Shown: positions 30,504 through 43,783 of the stretch, piece by piece
Layout: every line of letters starts with the position of its first letter
Numbering within the stretch: position 1 is the first letter of the stretch
Made by a program: the position numbers and the translations under genes
The notes under the pieces: model-generated
Seen by the model: the letters and a program-made list of their open reading frames with translations, nothing else
The model's database searches: none
Told to the model about the DNA's origin: nothing
Virus record (IMG/VR): IMGVR_UViG_3300045996_000852
Coordinates: 64,001-128,000 of that record
Source of the DNA: a virus
Lineage: Duplodnaviria > Heunggongvirae > Uroviricota > Caudoviricetes
Reading direction: 5' to 3' (one strand)
DNA: 64,000 nt

Positions 30504-31678
30504 TAGTTGTCATCTAAAAAGTAAGCACCATTACGAATACCTTCATAGTCTTTATCAGTCATACCTGTACCAACACTGTTCTTAGGTGGTTTAGGCATAG
30601 CTTTAATCGAACCAGTAAAGGGATAGAAAGCAACACCAATAGCAATACCTTCAGCATCAAAGCTGTTCTTTAGGATATGTAAACTACGGTAGAACTTAAC
30701 TCCTTCATCATTCTTTAGCTGTCCCAAATCATAACCAATAAGGTCTGTGGTAGCACCTTCCTGTAAGTATCTATAAGGGTCAAAGATTGCTACAACCACA
30801 TCAGCATCCCTTGCTAAGTCAGAAGTGTCAGCAATATCCGATAATTTAGGTTTTACATCGTTCAATTTCAACCTATCTGTACCGGAAACTGACCTGTTAA
30901 GCTGTTGGATATTGATTGGAGAAAATCCAAACAAGTCCCTAGCTTTTCTCATAGTTTCTGAATATTTGTCTAGTTTCTGCTTTTTCATCCCTGTAGTTGC
31001 ATCCTTCTCAGCATCAATAATACCCACATAGTCAGTCACTATCATAACTATGTGATTATCATGGTGGGGAGTGTAAGTCTGCTTTCTTAAAGGATTTCCA
31101 TCAGTCTTATCCAAAGCTGTCAGAGTACCATGCTTATCAGCAAAAGCCCTGATGAACTTGTCTATACCTGTTGCATTGTGAGTACCTTCAATACATGTGA
31201 ATACATCATCCTGCTCCCACATATCGAAAATAGCTGCATAATCCTCAACAAGTTTTAACTCCTTCTCAGTTAACATATCTATTTCCTTGGTCAATTTACC
31301 TGTAGTAGGGTCTTTCTTTCTCTTTCTGCCAAGAATTTTCTTAACAGGGATAAGAGTACCTGTTTTCAGATAAATCATCCTACTTACCCATTTGGCTGAG
31401 TACATATACAACTTCCTTTCCATACCAAAGTACAGAATGGAGAGTTTCAAGTCATCTGTCTTTTCATATACGTTCTCATAATACCAATCTAATACATTCA
31501 AGATTAAGTCCTGAGCTATGGTAGATTTACCCGAACCAGTATCACCTACAAGAAGATAGTTAGTATTTTTAGCTATCTCAATGTAGTTATCTAGTTTAGC
31601 TACAGGAAAAGGGATAGAACCATTCTTTCCCTTTAGTCCATTACGGACTTCCTTCATTAAGTTTTCTCTTATACTCAT
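30503..31678 (-). CDS. replicative helicase, DnaB/SF4-like
   Basis: GDTGSGKST, FGME, IVTDY, IQQLNR, ADTSDLARDAD, LKNS. Confidence 0.85.
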   Translation of the reverse strand: MSIRENLMKEVRNGLKGKNGSIPFPVAKLDNYIEIAKNTNYLLVGDTGSGKSTIAQDLILNVLDWYYENVYEKTDDLKLSILYFGMERKLYMYSAKWVSRMIYLKTGTLIPVKKILGRKRKKDPTTGKLTKEIDMLTEKELKLVEDYAAIFDMWEQDDVFTCIEGTHNATGIDKFIRAFADKHGTLTALDKTDGNPLRKQTYTPHHDNHIVMIVTDYVGIIDAEKDATTGMKKQKLDKYSETMRKARDLFGFSPINIQQLNRSVSGTDRLKLNDVKPKLSDIADTSDLARDADVVVAIFDPYRYLQEGATTDLIGYDLGQLKNDEGVKFYRSLHILKNSFDAEGIAIGVAFYPFTGSIKAMPKPPKNSVGTGMTDKDYEGIRNGAYFLDDN

Positions 31679-32494
31679 ATATACGTATCTCCTACATTTT
31701 TACCCTCTGTAGATAATTCTTCTATATTATCTAAATCAGTAACAAGCTGAGATTTGCCATCTTTGAAAATGTAATAGTAAATCACTGGAAACCAATTCCT
31801 TGCTCTATTACAATCTTCTACATGTTTGAGTAAAGCAGATTCGATTGAGTCTATATGTCTTGAATCAAGTTTGTATAGCTTAATAACTTTCTGCAAGTTC
31901 TTCCCTAGGTCTGTTGAGTTACATAGGAAAGAGTAAGATTTACCCTGAATTTTATCACGGACTTGGATTTTACCAGTAAGGTCCATTATTTTGTTCTGAA
32001 TCTTACCGTGTAATGCTAATACCCAATCATTATAGTTGAAGTTTCCTTCAACCACTGTTGTTGTGGTAGTTGTACTACTCAGGTAAACTTCGTCCTGTAC
32101 CAAATCTATTGCCTGTTCTGTGAGAATTCCTTCTAAGAGGTATCCTTTCATTGTCAAATAGTTGAAAAATCCCTTAATCCTTTTCAGGTTAGGTAATTTA
32201 TCTCCTCTATATATACAAGAAAGGACATGATAATGGTCTAAAGACAAGCCATTTGTAAGAAGCTTCTCATACTTTTCCGTACTTATCATAGTTAATTTAT
32301 TTTCTTATATCCAAAGGTACAAAGTTTCCGTTAATTTCAAAACCTTCAAGAACAATTCTTGTAAGTCTTGTAACTGACTTTCTCAAAGCAATTGCTGTTT
32401 CCTGTCCAGAACCAGACATGATAAATCTTTCTCTTTTCTGAGTCCTGATTTCTGTACAAACAAATACACTGTTAATAGTGTTGATTGGTGTCAT
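31675..32494 (-). CDS. two hypothetical proteins (31675-32289, 32297-32494)
   Basis: ORFs between the polymerase and the helicase. Confidence 0.55.
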
Positions 32495-32515
32495 TTTCTT
32501 TCAATTTGGGGGTGA

Positions 32516-34660
32516 TTAAAATAAAGTTGGTTGTTCTACTTTTGTTTTCTTCGTGAGGAGTTCTTTTCTGAAAGCTTTCAACTTTCCGGTCTTTTCGATG
32601 TCATCTATTATTCGTAAAGTTTCACAAATATAGTAATTATAATTAACATCGTAATCATTAAAGTTTTCACAAACAAATGGGTCATTAAAATATGTTACCA
32701 AAGGTTGCCCTAGTTCAGGAGAATGTTTGGGAATAGCAAAACAATGATTATTCATTGGGTTACCTTCATTATTCAATCCTCTCTTCATTAGAATCTTTCC
32801 CTTGTTAGATATATAAATTACCACAAGTTTCTTATGCTTATTAACCTGAACCTTTCCAGCTTCATCAGTCCATTCCTCTTCATAGTGCATCTTTCCGGCA
32901 GCTTTTAAACCAATAGTAAAGTCATTAATATCCTTATGGTTCCTTATGAACTCAATCGGGTCTTTACCATCAATAAAATAAGCTTCCAATGCAAGAGGTG
33001 TGATTCTTTCTGATTTGTTTTTATTTAATTCACAACCCGGACTTCCAAAAGTTGTTACGAACTTACCCTTCTTCTTAACCTTGATATTACCTTTCTCATC
33101 AATATACTGACCTATGTAGTGATTGATGTTCATTTGATACATCTTTAAATAATCTACATACTCCAATTTACCGAGGATATGGTTACCAACTGTATCTTCC
33201 CACCATTTACAAATTTCTTTGTATTTTTCTACCTTGTCAGCAGGGAATAATGTAGTGAAACCATCAGTATTTCCTGAAAGTACTTGGAAACCTTCTTGTT
33301 CCATAGCTTCAATAGCCATAAGAATTTCAATCTGGTTACCCATACATACTTTCAACAAACCATCAGGGAACTCTAACCATGACCCTTTTTGACCTAACTT
33401 TCCATAGTATCCACCATTGAGACATAGTTTCAATAGACCTTGGATAGATTCAAATTTCCTAGCTTCAAGAGTAAGATTTTTAGACTTAAATTCCTTAGCT
33501 TGGTTTTTATAAGTAATTCTTAATTCAATCTTTCCCTTATACTGTTCTAGTACAAGTTTCTTCAAGTGAGGAGCATAAATCTCCAACTTAACAATTGAAT
33601 TCGGATACTGAGAACCTACGTCTGCATCCCTGTAGATATATCCCGGTGGCGTAATAATAGCTCTGTTCTTCTCTGTAGAGTGTATTCCCCCTTTTGCAAT
33701 AGTGTACTTAGTTTTGCCTATTACAATAGGAAATTCCTGTTTTTCAGCAAGAACGAACTGTTCTCCCAAATCTTTTATGAACTCCTTGAGAGCAGGAGTT
33801 TTGAATTTCATAGTCTTAGGAAAGAATTGTTTGAACTTCTTTCCATAAGGATACACGACTTTAGTAGGGAATGTATGTTTCTCTTCCGTAATCCCCATTG
33901 CTTTCATGTAATCCAGTCTATTCCACTCTTCACCAATTTTTACATCAGACCAGTTAAGACATTTTAATCCAGTTTCACTGTTAACGTCAAAACGATCTTG
34001 TAGTTTATTCATCCCTTTATAATCCGATAAGTGAGGAACTGGTATTCCACCATTTACTTCCATAACTCTGTCAGGTTGACCTAAGGTAATGTGTAACATT
34101 CCCAAAGTAGCCATAACGTCATGTCTACGATATGAAATTACCTCGTCCATTTCTTCATCAGTAAGATTTCTCTTATGAAATGGTACAGAACATTCCTCTA
34201 CCTTCATGTTCATCATGAACTCACACCACTTCAAAGATGTATACTTAGCCTCATTATCAAAGTGGTTGATTCTGAATAGATCAATAGGAAATATAGGAAA
34301 TTCATACTCTTTATATCGAGCAGGAATACCATATTTTCTATTGTCAAAGTGCCTCTGGACAAACTGATATACAAGGGCAGCAATTTCTTCTCCCTTTAGG
34401 TCATACCAGCTATCATGATGTTTGAGTATATAGTGAAGTACATTCTGGTCAAATTCAATATTATTATATCCTACCAGATACATGTACTTATTGGAAGTAT
34501 AGAAGCGTACAAATTTATCTGTATCATTCTTCCTTCTACTAATCTCAAATTCTATCCATTCTTTCTTGTCCGGGTCATAGAAACCAATATCTACCATTTC
34601 TGGTAGAGTCTCAATATCATTAATGACCAAAGGGACATCAATTCCGTGTGCTAGTTGCAT
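32516..34660 (-). CDS. family B DNA polymerase with a 3'-5' exonuclease domain
   Basis: DIE, YNNIEFD, YRRHD (exo); DVGSQYPN, KLCLNGGYYG, GNTDG (pol). Confidence 0.92.
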   Translation of the reverse strand: MQLAHGIDVPLVINDIETLPEMVDIGFYDPDKKEWIEFEISRRKNDTDKFVRFYTSNKYMYLVGYNNIEFDQNVLHYILKHHDSWYDLKGEEIAALVYQFVQRHFDNRKYGIPARYKEYEFPIFPIDLFRINHFDNEAKYTSLKWCEFMMNMKVEECSVPFHKRNLTDEEMDEVISYRRHDVMATLGMLHITLGQPDRVMEVNGGIPVPHLSDYKGMNKLQDRFDVNSETGLKCLNWSDVKIGEEWNRLDYMKAMGITEEKHTFPTKVVYPYGKKFKQFFPKTMKFKTPALKEFIKDLGEQFVLAEKQEFPIVIGKTKYTIAKGGIHSTEKNRAIITPPGYIYRDADVGSQYPNSIVKLEIYAPHLKKLVLEQYKGKIELRITYKNQAKEFKSKNLTLEARKFESIQGLLKLCLNGGYYGKLGQKGSWLEFPDGLLKVCMGNQIEILMAIEAMEQEGFQVLSGNTDGFTTLFPADKVEKYKEICKWWEDTVGNHILGKLEYVDYLKMYQMNINHYIGQYIDEKGNIKVKKKGKFVTTFGSPGCELNKNKSERITPLALEAYFIDGKDPIEFIRNHKDINDFTIGLKAAGKMHYEEEWTDEAGKVQVNKHKKLVVIYISNKGKILMKRGLNNEGNPMNNHCFAIPKHSPELGQPLVTYFNDPFVCENFNDYDVNYNYYICETLRIIDDIEKTGKLKAFRKELLTKKTKVEQPTLF

Positions 34661-34991
34661 AATTCCTTACTTTTAGTTCATTATTAGGAAGTACTTTAAG
34701 TACAATTAAACTCTGTCCACTCGAATCCAATTTGATAATATCCCCTTTCTTGAAAGGATTATTATTAAGTTTTATACGAAATGGTCTAGTGTAACCGGAC
34801 CACTTGATAAAGTTAATGATATTCATTATAATTAGTACAACATCCAAAGCAATCATCCCATAGACTTCTTTCTGAAAGGCTACAATCATAAAAAGAATTG
34901 CACCTATTCCTGCTACTACCCATCCCCATCTGTTTTTTCTGCCTGTTAGATATACACTAAATATAACAAACGCTGCTGCTATCCAATCCAT
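34638..34991 (-). CDS. PnuC-like nicotinamide riboside transporter, short form
   Basis: Hydrophobic N-terminal helices WIAAAFVIFSVYLTGRKNRWGW...NIINFIKW. Confidence 0.55.
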   Translation of the reverse strand: MDWIAAAFVIFSVYLTGRKNRWGWVVAGIGAILFMIVAFQKEVYGMIALDVVLIIMNIINFIKWSGYTRPFRIKLNNNPFKKGDIIKLDSSGQSLIVLKVLPNNELKVRNYATSTRN

Positions 34992-34997
34992 ATGTAT

Positions 34998-35171
34998 TTA
35001 ATTTAAAAAGAACGGTTTATGGAACCACTCATTATTCATAGCATTAGTATACTTTACTTTACTATGTACCTTTTGACAAGGTGTACACTCGAAAAGTATA
35101 AACATACCATTTACCTCCTGATACCGGATGTATTTTCTTAGGTAAATTGAATATTGAGGTTCTGTTGTCAT
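34998..35171 (-). CDS. small hypothetical protein (57 aa)
   Basis: Manual translation MTTEPQYS...KPFFLN. Confidence 0.4.
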   Translation of the reverse strand: MTTEPQYSIYLRKYIRYQEVNGMFILFECTPCQKVHSKVKYTNAMNNEWFHKPFFLN

Positions 35172-35360
35172 TAATTTAACACAAATGGTTCATGGAATGA
35201 CTTATTAGCCATAGCTGATATAAGTCCTGTATTACCTATCTTTCTTCCAGATGGAATATATCTCTTTAATTCAAAGAATATAGACCATTTGAAACTTCTT
35301 ACAATGTCATTAAGAAATGGTGAATATTGAGATTCACTAATATGACAATCATGAATATTA

Positions 35361-36146
35361 TTATTCATTGTTTCCAAATTTAGCTTCAAGTGCTTGAATT
35401 AATTTACTCATGTTTCCATCATAAAAACCAGAGCAATTGATACAGTTTATTTCTACAACTTTATAATCATCATTGTATAAACATATATCAAGAACAAAGG
35501 CATCAGCAGGACAGTAGAGTTTAGCCATTTGAGTAGCAAATATTACAGCTTCCTCATTGTGGTCCATGTTAAGATAGTTAACCCGACTTCCAATCTTGTA
35601 TTGGGATATTGTAACAGGTTTACCATTTACTATCCAGCAACGAATTTCCTGTTGAATAGTCTTTAATGGAGCAACAACAATCTCTGTCTCTTTACTCAAT
35701 AATCTAAATACTTCTTCATCTTGGACTACTTTGTCAATCCACTCTTTCCATGAGTCTTTAGTGAAGCACTGTCCTGAGAAAGATTTTGTATCATGAGTAG
35801 GTCGAGCAAAGAATGCATATGGAAGAGATTCTGGTAATGGTTCACCTACTTTAAGAATGATACCATCACTGTTAAGCATGTTATCTCCGTAGTGTTTTCC
35901 ATATACGTTTACATCATGATTCTCATTATACATTGAACCCGGAGACCAATTGTATTTCTTTGCTGCAAAGGCCATATTAACAGAACCAAAGCACCATACA
36001 TCCTTCCTATCCGTCTTGTGTTGTATTTCATGTACAAATGGTACATATTTTACCACTTCATAACCAAGCTTATATCTTTCCAAATATTCTCTTAAGGTAT
36101 TGAAGTGATATTCTTTAAACAGGTTCTCCTGTATAACGTAGTACAT
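35361..36146 (-). CDS. ATP-grasp protein, R2K/DUF4343-like
   Basis: FARPTHDTKSFSG, EIRCWIV, FVLDI...VVEINCINCSGFY. Confidence 0.75.
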   Translation of the reverse strand: MYYVIQENLFKEYHFNTLREYLERYKLGYEVVKYVPFVHEIQHKTDRKDVWCFGSVNMAFAAKKYNWSPGSMYNENHDVNVYGKHYGDNMLNSDGIILKVGEPLPESLPYAFFARPTHDTKSFSGQCFTKDSWKEWIDKVVQDEEVFRLLSKETEIVVAPLKTIQQEIRCWIVNGKPVTISQYKIGSRVNYLNMDHNEEAVIFATQMAKLYCPADAFVLDICLYNDDYKVVEINCINCSGFYDGNMSKLIQALEAKFGNNE

Positions 36147-36147
36147 G

Positions 36148-37028
36148 TTAAAATAAATTTAAGAATGCAAGAATTAAAGTTTTTCTACGAACACTATTAT
36201 CAATAGGTTCACTATTTCCGAAAGCAAATAAGTCTTTAAATCCAATTATATAATAATCCGATACATCTATTTTGGATATACTCTTATCTTCTGAATTTAG
36301 ATATAGGCTTCTGAACAAATCAAAGTCTTCCCTTGTTACAGTTTCACCTACTCTACATCCATTCGAAAAGACAGGAATACCTTTCCTATGGTCACTAGTA
36401 AGATAGATATTCCCGTCTTTTGAGTACCCTATAAATGCTCTGAATTCATCCTTACTTTCCCATCTTTCCATGAGATTAAATTCGTAAGGGTTAGTCTTTT
36501 GTTTGGTTGTAAATAGCATGGGGTAACTTATTTGGTGATTGAATTACTATACTTGCTATAGTTTTACAAATATAGTGTGTTTTCAATAGTTACCAAATTT
36601 TTCTTCTCAGATATAAGTTTGTGAGCTTCCAATATCCTCTCTGAAGTTATTGGTATTAATCTTCCACTTTCATCATACCTAGTGAAGGAACACTTGTAAC
36701 CCAAATAGTTACGAATTTCTCTTACGATTTCCTCGATTGTTTTACCTGTCTTTTCTACCATCTTTTTTAGTTTAAAGTTTAAATCTGATATGGTATCCCT
36801 AAATGATAAGGGTTTACCATAAATTGTTATAATTCTCTTTCTAACTGATTGGGACAATATAGCATATTCCACCTGCACTTTTGCTCTGATAATATCTATC
36901 AACTCATCATCCTCGGTGGCAACATTATGGTGATAAGTCTTTCCAAATACCATTACTTCTGATTTGCCGGGAGCAGCAGAACATATTGGGTTCAGCTTCC
37001 TCAGGTCTTTGAGATTGTTAGTTTTCAT
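36148..37028 (-). CDS. two hypothetical proteins (36148-36519, 36564-37028)
   Basis: ORFs. Confidence 0.55.
36567..36597 (-). promoter_or_regulatory. Bacteroidota promoter
   Basis: TTTG, 19-nt spacer, TATATTTG. Confidence 0.65.
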
Positions 37029-37050
37029 CGTAGTGTAGTTTAAAGTAATA

Positions 37051-37073
37051 AAAAATGGGGTCTATTGACCCCA
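37051..37073 (-). terminator. intrinsic terminator
   Basis: TGGGGTC/GACCCCA stem followed by a U-run. Confidence 0.65.
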
Positions 37074-37521
37074 ATATTAACATCTTTGTGTATTTATGCC
37101 TTAATATCCGTATCCTGTGTGGAAATCTGGATAATCCTCTTCCTGTCTATTTTCGCTTGATTGTGAATTAGTTTCTCTTCTTTTGAAGAGCTTCTTGAAT
37201 TTTTGGAATAGCTTTTGTAACATGGCGGTTAATTCATACAGAAGATAAAGAATTCGAGGTGTTCCTCGTTTGTGTTAATAGTAGATTCTTCCATGAAAGT
37301 TCTAGCAAGAATCTCTCTATTACTGGACTCTAAAAGGACAGCTTCTCTAGCAGAAGTTTGGTCAAATACCAAGAAATCAATTTGTGTCATAATGGTGTAG
37401 TGGTTTGGTTACGAACTAATTGTCAAAGGGGCTGTAATTTACAACAGCCTACCACTACTTTCCAAATTATGTTGATAACTCCATCATATTTAATCCATTT
37501 TTAACATACTGTCGCTTCATT

Positions 37522-40500
37522 TTAATGGAAATGTGAGCATGGACCTTGTATTTTAATGGTTTTCATACCCTTCCACCCACAATATTTCTCTACTGTTGCC
37601 CTTCCCCATCCTTCCCAAGGTGGATTTTCTGATATATAGAATTCTACCATATTATCATCAAATTCCTGCCCTTCCTTCACATAAGGTAAAGCATCAGGTG
37701 ATATTTCTCCTATGACTTTAAACCACCCCTCTTTAGAAGCAACAGTTGCCATATCCTCAAACTTAACTTCATGTTCGAGTTTTATTCCTGTGGGCGTATA
37801 AATTTCTCTATCACCTACCTGTATATCTCTACTACAGAGAAATAATTTAGCTGGTTGAAAATTACCGTTTTTAAGCACCTCAAGATGAAAGGAACTTGAA
37901 ACTAGATCAGCCTTATTGTGTTGCTTATTCCAGTACATTCCTCCTACAGTTAACATATTACTGTCTTCCGGTAGATATTTAGCAAAGAATGTAACTTTGT
38001 TTACTTCTTTCATCATTTCTATAGCACATGGTTCACATTGAACGGCTCTTTTATCACCTGTAAACTGTTTACCACAGGTAGAGCATTTACAGGTATAGCT
38101 TCCGGGTGCATAACCACCTATAGGGTATTTTCTTTCTTCACTCATATTAATTTTTTTACCAATTAGATATTTCCTCAAACCATTCTTGTTGACTTATCCA
38201 ATAAAGTAGATACCAAAGAATTAATCCTGTGAAAATATAAGCCCAATGTAAGGATAGAGCTAACAATATTGGTAAGAATAAGAGGACAACAGGGAGTATA
38301 ACACTTATTATAAATATTATAATCATTGCTAATACTCCTCCTATGATAATACCTATTATTTCAGGAATCTTCTTAATGAATTTCCAATAATCAGAGAATA
38401 TATTATTCATGATATACCTCCTTTAATTCTACAAGAAAATCGGTAGACTTTACTGCCCTTTCTAACTGTTCGGAAAGTCCATTGTCCTCAGGACTTCCCA
38501 CTTGGACAGGGCTGAATTTAGTGGCGTATAATTCACCATAGAATCCACCTCTACCGACTGACCAGTATCCTCCAAGTTGTTGACAATATATTACTGTTGA
38601 TTTTTTCATAATTACTCATTTGTAATAACTACAAACTCCAAAGTTTTAGTAAATTGTTCGTAGCTATTCTTTAACCGATATAGAGCCGTACTCTTTACTC
38701 TTGAATCACCAGATAGTTTCTGAGGTACTTCTCCTCTTCCTGTGGGTCTTCCATTTTCATCCCTGTCCTGTACTGTCCAGAAAGGATGAAAACCTTGTAC
38801 AATATGAGAATGACATCTACAGAACATACTGATGTAATTAAGGTAATGACTTTCTATAAACTCAGAAATAGTATATCTAGGTAAGAAATCTTTCAGTGTT
38901 TCCTCTGTCCAGAATACTGAATATTCCTTACCTCCTTTCATGAACATATATAATTTGTCATATTCCTTGACCTCCATTACAACTTTGTAGAAATCATTAG
39001 GTTGTACCTTGATTGGTTCAATATCAATTATCATAAATGTAGTTTAAACGTACTTGGATTTGTTTTTACTCCACCAATCATCCCAACCTTGAAGTGTGTT
39101 ATTCCCGGGAGAATTGTACCACTTGTAGAAGAAATCCGTAGCTATCTTCTTTAATTTCTCTTCATCCACTATAACAAATTTCTTATCCTTAAGAAATGTA
39201 TCATAATCTTCCAAAGCTGTAACAAATTCATGATTGTGTGGTATGCTGAATCTTTCCTGAAAGTATTGATTTACAAGGGGGTTATTACTAACCTTAATAA
39301 GCTTGTACATATGTCTTAATTCCTCAGGAATATCTTCTATAGTTCTTACAGGAGTAGCAGTTTGAATTTTAGCCACTTTACCATCAGGTGTATTAAATTC
39401 CTCAAAATCTACTTCGCTATATAAGAAAGCTAAAGCCCAATCCCATTGTTGAGGTAGAATACGTAAACTTTTGTGAATAATAGGATAAGCAGAAGATGGT
39501 GCAATATCATCATATTCTATTACTAACTGTTGTAATTCCGAAAGTTCACAACCTCCAATACCATTATTATGAGGGTTATCTTTAATCTTTAAATCAAAGA
39601 GTCCAAAATTCTTATGATGTTTTTCTATAGTACAAACATAATATCTATCTGTAATATATCGAATTACATCCAATCCCTCTTCAGGATTTTTAGTACTGTA
39701 TAATTTTACTTTACCTTTCATTTCTGTAATTTATTTCTTGTTGTAGATCACCAAGCTTTTGACGTTCTGTTCGAGAACCATTTTCTTTGGCTTTTTCAAT
39801 ATCTTTTTCAAGCTCCTTATCAGAACGACCTGTTCTTGTATCACCAGTAATATCGTTGAATTTCTCTTCATCAGAAGGTTCATCCTTCCATTGGCTTCCT
39901 ATAATACTCATACCAGACCGACCTCCTTACGGTTTACATTTTCAAATTTACGTAGTTCCTGAAGTTTCTCTAGCTTTTTAACAATTATCCTTTCATATTC
40001 TTCTCTCTCATCACTAATCGTAGTACTTAAGTCTTTAAGAAGAAGTAGTTGTTGTTCACAACTATAGATTTCAGCCTCTATAGTACATGCTTCTGAAATG
40101 CGAATAGTTTTATGTTGACAATCATTGATTGCTTGCAACATTCTTTGTTTTAAGTCTTGGTCTATCATTTTCCAGATTTTATTAATTCGCTTAATCTTAA
40201 TTCTTTTTCTTCAGTCATAATTTGTTCACATTCTCTAAGGAATTTCTCAGCATTTTCATGTAACGAAAAGTATTTAACGGTACTCTTACCTTTCATATTA
40301 AATACTACAGGTTTTATTTCACCTAAGTAATTCACATACCAGATAAGAGCACCTGTTTTTACTGTAATACCATCTTCTGTTTTCATTGCACTTGGGATAG
40401 CCATGATTTTAGATTTTTCTTGATTATCTCTAATTCAGTTGTATCTGTTGCAATATAATCAGCCCCTATATTATCTAAGAATGATAATATTCTTGTTACT

Positions 40501-43500
40501 AATTCGTTTGTTTCATCAGATATAACCTCATCACCTACTACTATTCCATCTTGACATTCATCAGCTTCAGCTTGAGCTTCTTCCAGAGTATCGAATATTT
40601 TATTCTCTCCATCTTCGTCAGTTACTACAGTGGCATATCTCCAACCATGCCCTCGTTCTATTACTATAAACATACTATACCTTTTTAAAGTTATAATCAG
40701 CAAACCAATGAATACGATTCTTGAATTTACTCATAAAATAATCAAATTCCTGTCTTGGGTACTTGAATTTTCTAGGGAGATTTTGCCTAATACTCCATTT
40801 GACCCAACTCCATCTTATTGATTTCCAATTAAAAGGATTGATTAATTGAAGTAACCAAGGAAGGAAATAATAAGATGGTCCATTCCTGTAACATACAAAA
40901 TTTCTCATATAGAAGTTATTTATTACCACATCCAACTATCACCTATTGATATAACTGTAGATGGAATCTTTTTTAAATTACCTTTTTTCTGAGAATGAAA
41001 GAATTCAGTGAATGCTTTCTCCAATTTATCTACTGTAGCTCTACGATCAATCTCATAATGAGTGCTTCCACATGAATCACATTCACTACTATAACCTTTA
41101 GGAGTTGTCTCAAAAGGTAAATAAGCAATCCCAAGTCTGTTACTGAGTTTTTCTTCTCCCCATGAAGGATACCAGTTTCTTATGAACGGACCTATGTAAT
41201 TATTCAAGAATGAATTAATTGCATAATTGTAACCTTTGTTCTCAAATATCATTAATCCTTGAATTATCTGTTCAACATTAATAGGTATATTACATAGCTC
41301 ATTTAAACAATCCTTGTAGGGTTCTGTTGGTGATTCATGGTCATACCATTTGTTATTAATGGTACAATGATGAGTACCCTTCACTCGGGATAAATGTCCT
41401 GCCCTTAAAGCTCTTATTTGACCCATGAATTTTTCCTTGCTTATTTTATGTGTATAATATAAGCAAATAAGGACAAAAAGAATGGCATATTTATTATCTA
41501 TGTCATACCAAAGCCTATGTTTTATCTCCTGAGGATTAATATGAATATTACTTAGCTTGTTCATTTCCAATATTTTTTAACGTGATTGACCCAAGGAGTT
41601 TTATCTACACATCCTTCCTGCCAGTAATTATATATTTCCCACATTGTCATAGCTGAACCTGTAGGATTGGTAGGGTAACCGTTCTTAGCAAGACTACCTT
41701 GCCAAAACTGATAAGCAATCATATCTACTTTTGTCTCGTAAATATGATTCTCTACCTTTTCCTTATGAGATTGGAGAATAAAAGCATGTAGGAAAACTAT
41801 TATAAACCAGCAAATTATAAATGTTATCATTGGTCAAAGTTGTTTTTGTAATCCCAATAAGGTTTATTACTCAATTTATAGAAACTCTCTGTTTCTTTGT
41901 CAGGTTCCCCCCATTGAACCATACATTTGTATATGTATATTTCATGAGGTACATCATCAGGTTGATAATACCAAGTAGGGTCTCCAAGATAACACTGTAC
42001 TACAATCTTTTTCTTCTTCAAAGACCTCATGTATTCAGAGATAGTCTTTGATATTGGATATACCCATTGAGTCATAAATACAATACCATCATGCTTCTGG
42101 ATTTGTTTCTTTATTTCCTCCAAAGGTTGCTCACTCAGATTAAACATGACTGTATGTTTTATCCCGGCTCTCTTAATAATATTGTGAAATTCTTGTACAG
42201 AGCTACTGAAGGAGTTATCATTTTCTATAAATAGTAAATTCTTATCCTTGAAGCTATTTACTATATTTTGTTCGGGTGTGTTCATGATTAAGTTATTGAA
42301 TTTCAAAGAATTGTCCCTCATAACTGTTATCCCGGGAGTTGGATAATCTCTCATCTGTAGCTAAACATGTAATATAGCTATCACCATGTTTCTTCAAGTC
42401 GTTGTGTTTTGACTTAGTAAAAGCATCAAATCCTTCTTTTCTGAACCATTCAGAGAAGTTCTTAGCTGCTTGTTTATCAGGTACTACTATTTGTATTTCC
42501 ATGATTATCCTTTAAAAGTTTGAACAATGTATTGAATTTGACCATATACAGAATGGGAGTTTCTCTGAGGTCTATACCATTCCCTTATGAATTGACACCA
42601 AAGGGATTCTACCGTATTTGCATAAATGAAATCTCCTGACATATTTGGTACAGGAATTCTGTAATTTCCAAGCTGTACTAGATCAGGTTCTCCCATTATA
42701 TTACGAGCTTCCTCTACATAAAAAGCCCAAGCTTCGGGATGTAGTTCTGAGTTAGACTGTGATTCCATTTTGTAATTCTTTTAGCATATTTTCTGCACTT
42801 GATAAAGCTATTCTACAGGACCAAGCTTGTCTCTCAAGAATTGATTCTCTTCTTTTTGTACGAGAGATAAATCCTTGCAAAGCTCCCTCTTTTGTAGGAT
42901 AAGCATACCTTTTTCTTGATGTTTTGGATACCCATCTAGCTTGACTTCTCAAACTATCAGAATCCATACTCCCATATCCTATCCAGTAACCTTTTGGAGT
43001 TTCTTTATATAGATTGAACTCCCTTAATACTACTGAAGGATTAGGTATAGGTGAGGATACAAAATCTCCATCATGACCTATTGTTGCATATTCGACTATT
43101 TCGTATCTGTAAAAGTTCATATAATGAGGTTGTAAGAGTTATTAATAGGTTTTACTTTGTAACCTATATATTCCAGAGCAGCTATTTCATAGGAGAAAAG
43201 AAAACCAACTGTAGTAGTTGAATTAGGCTCTTTGGATGATACCTGAATGAGTATTTGAATCCATCTCATTGTTATAGAATTTACAAAGTTTTTCAATCTC
43301 TTTATCAGCTTCTTTCTTTTTAAAAGCATGACCAAAAGCTAGGATGAAGTCCCTTTTTTCAATAATACGTCCATCACTACCTTGATGTTCAAAGATTCCA
43401 AGTAGAGCATTTCCCGAGTGTTTTCTCTGCTCAATCTCGAATCGGATATATTTTTCCATCTGGATTTAGTTAAATAGTTTTTATCATTCCTTAATAGGAA

Positions 43501-43771
43501 ATATTGCCAATAATTCTTAGTACCTCTCTTGATAATTCTCATACCAGTATGATACCATTCGAGTCTAAGCTCTTTTAGTTGTGGCTTCATCCCTATTTCT
43601 TTGAACGTGTTGAAATACATCTGAACTTCTGAAACTACCTTGAGCAGCACTCATTCCAGATTTACCAGACAGGATAATTCCATGTCCCATATTTAACCAT
43701 CTTTTGTATAGTAATTCTCCATTCATATAGACATAGAGTTCATTACCGTGTACTTCTTTATGTACTGCCAT
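37522..43771 (-). CDS. run of about 18 small or medium hypothetical genes (e.g. 37522-38178 with CxxC pairs, 38156-38410 membrane protein, 38612-39034, 39044-39721, 40923-41570, 41827-42354, 42752-43120, 43223-43459, 43565-43771)
   Basis: Contiguous, translationally coupled minus-strand ORFs typical of a phage hypervariable region. Confidence 0.6.
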
Positions 43772-43783
43772 AAAAACAAGTTT

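Noticed and set aside
43117-43650. ORFs 43117-43335 and 43339-43650
   Set aside because: They overlap the more plausible 43223-43459 and 43565-43771 in other frames; likely spurious at least in part.
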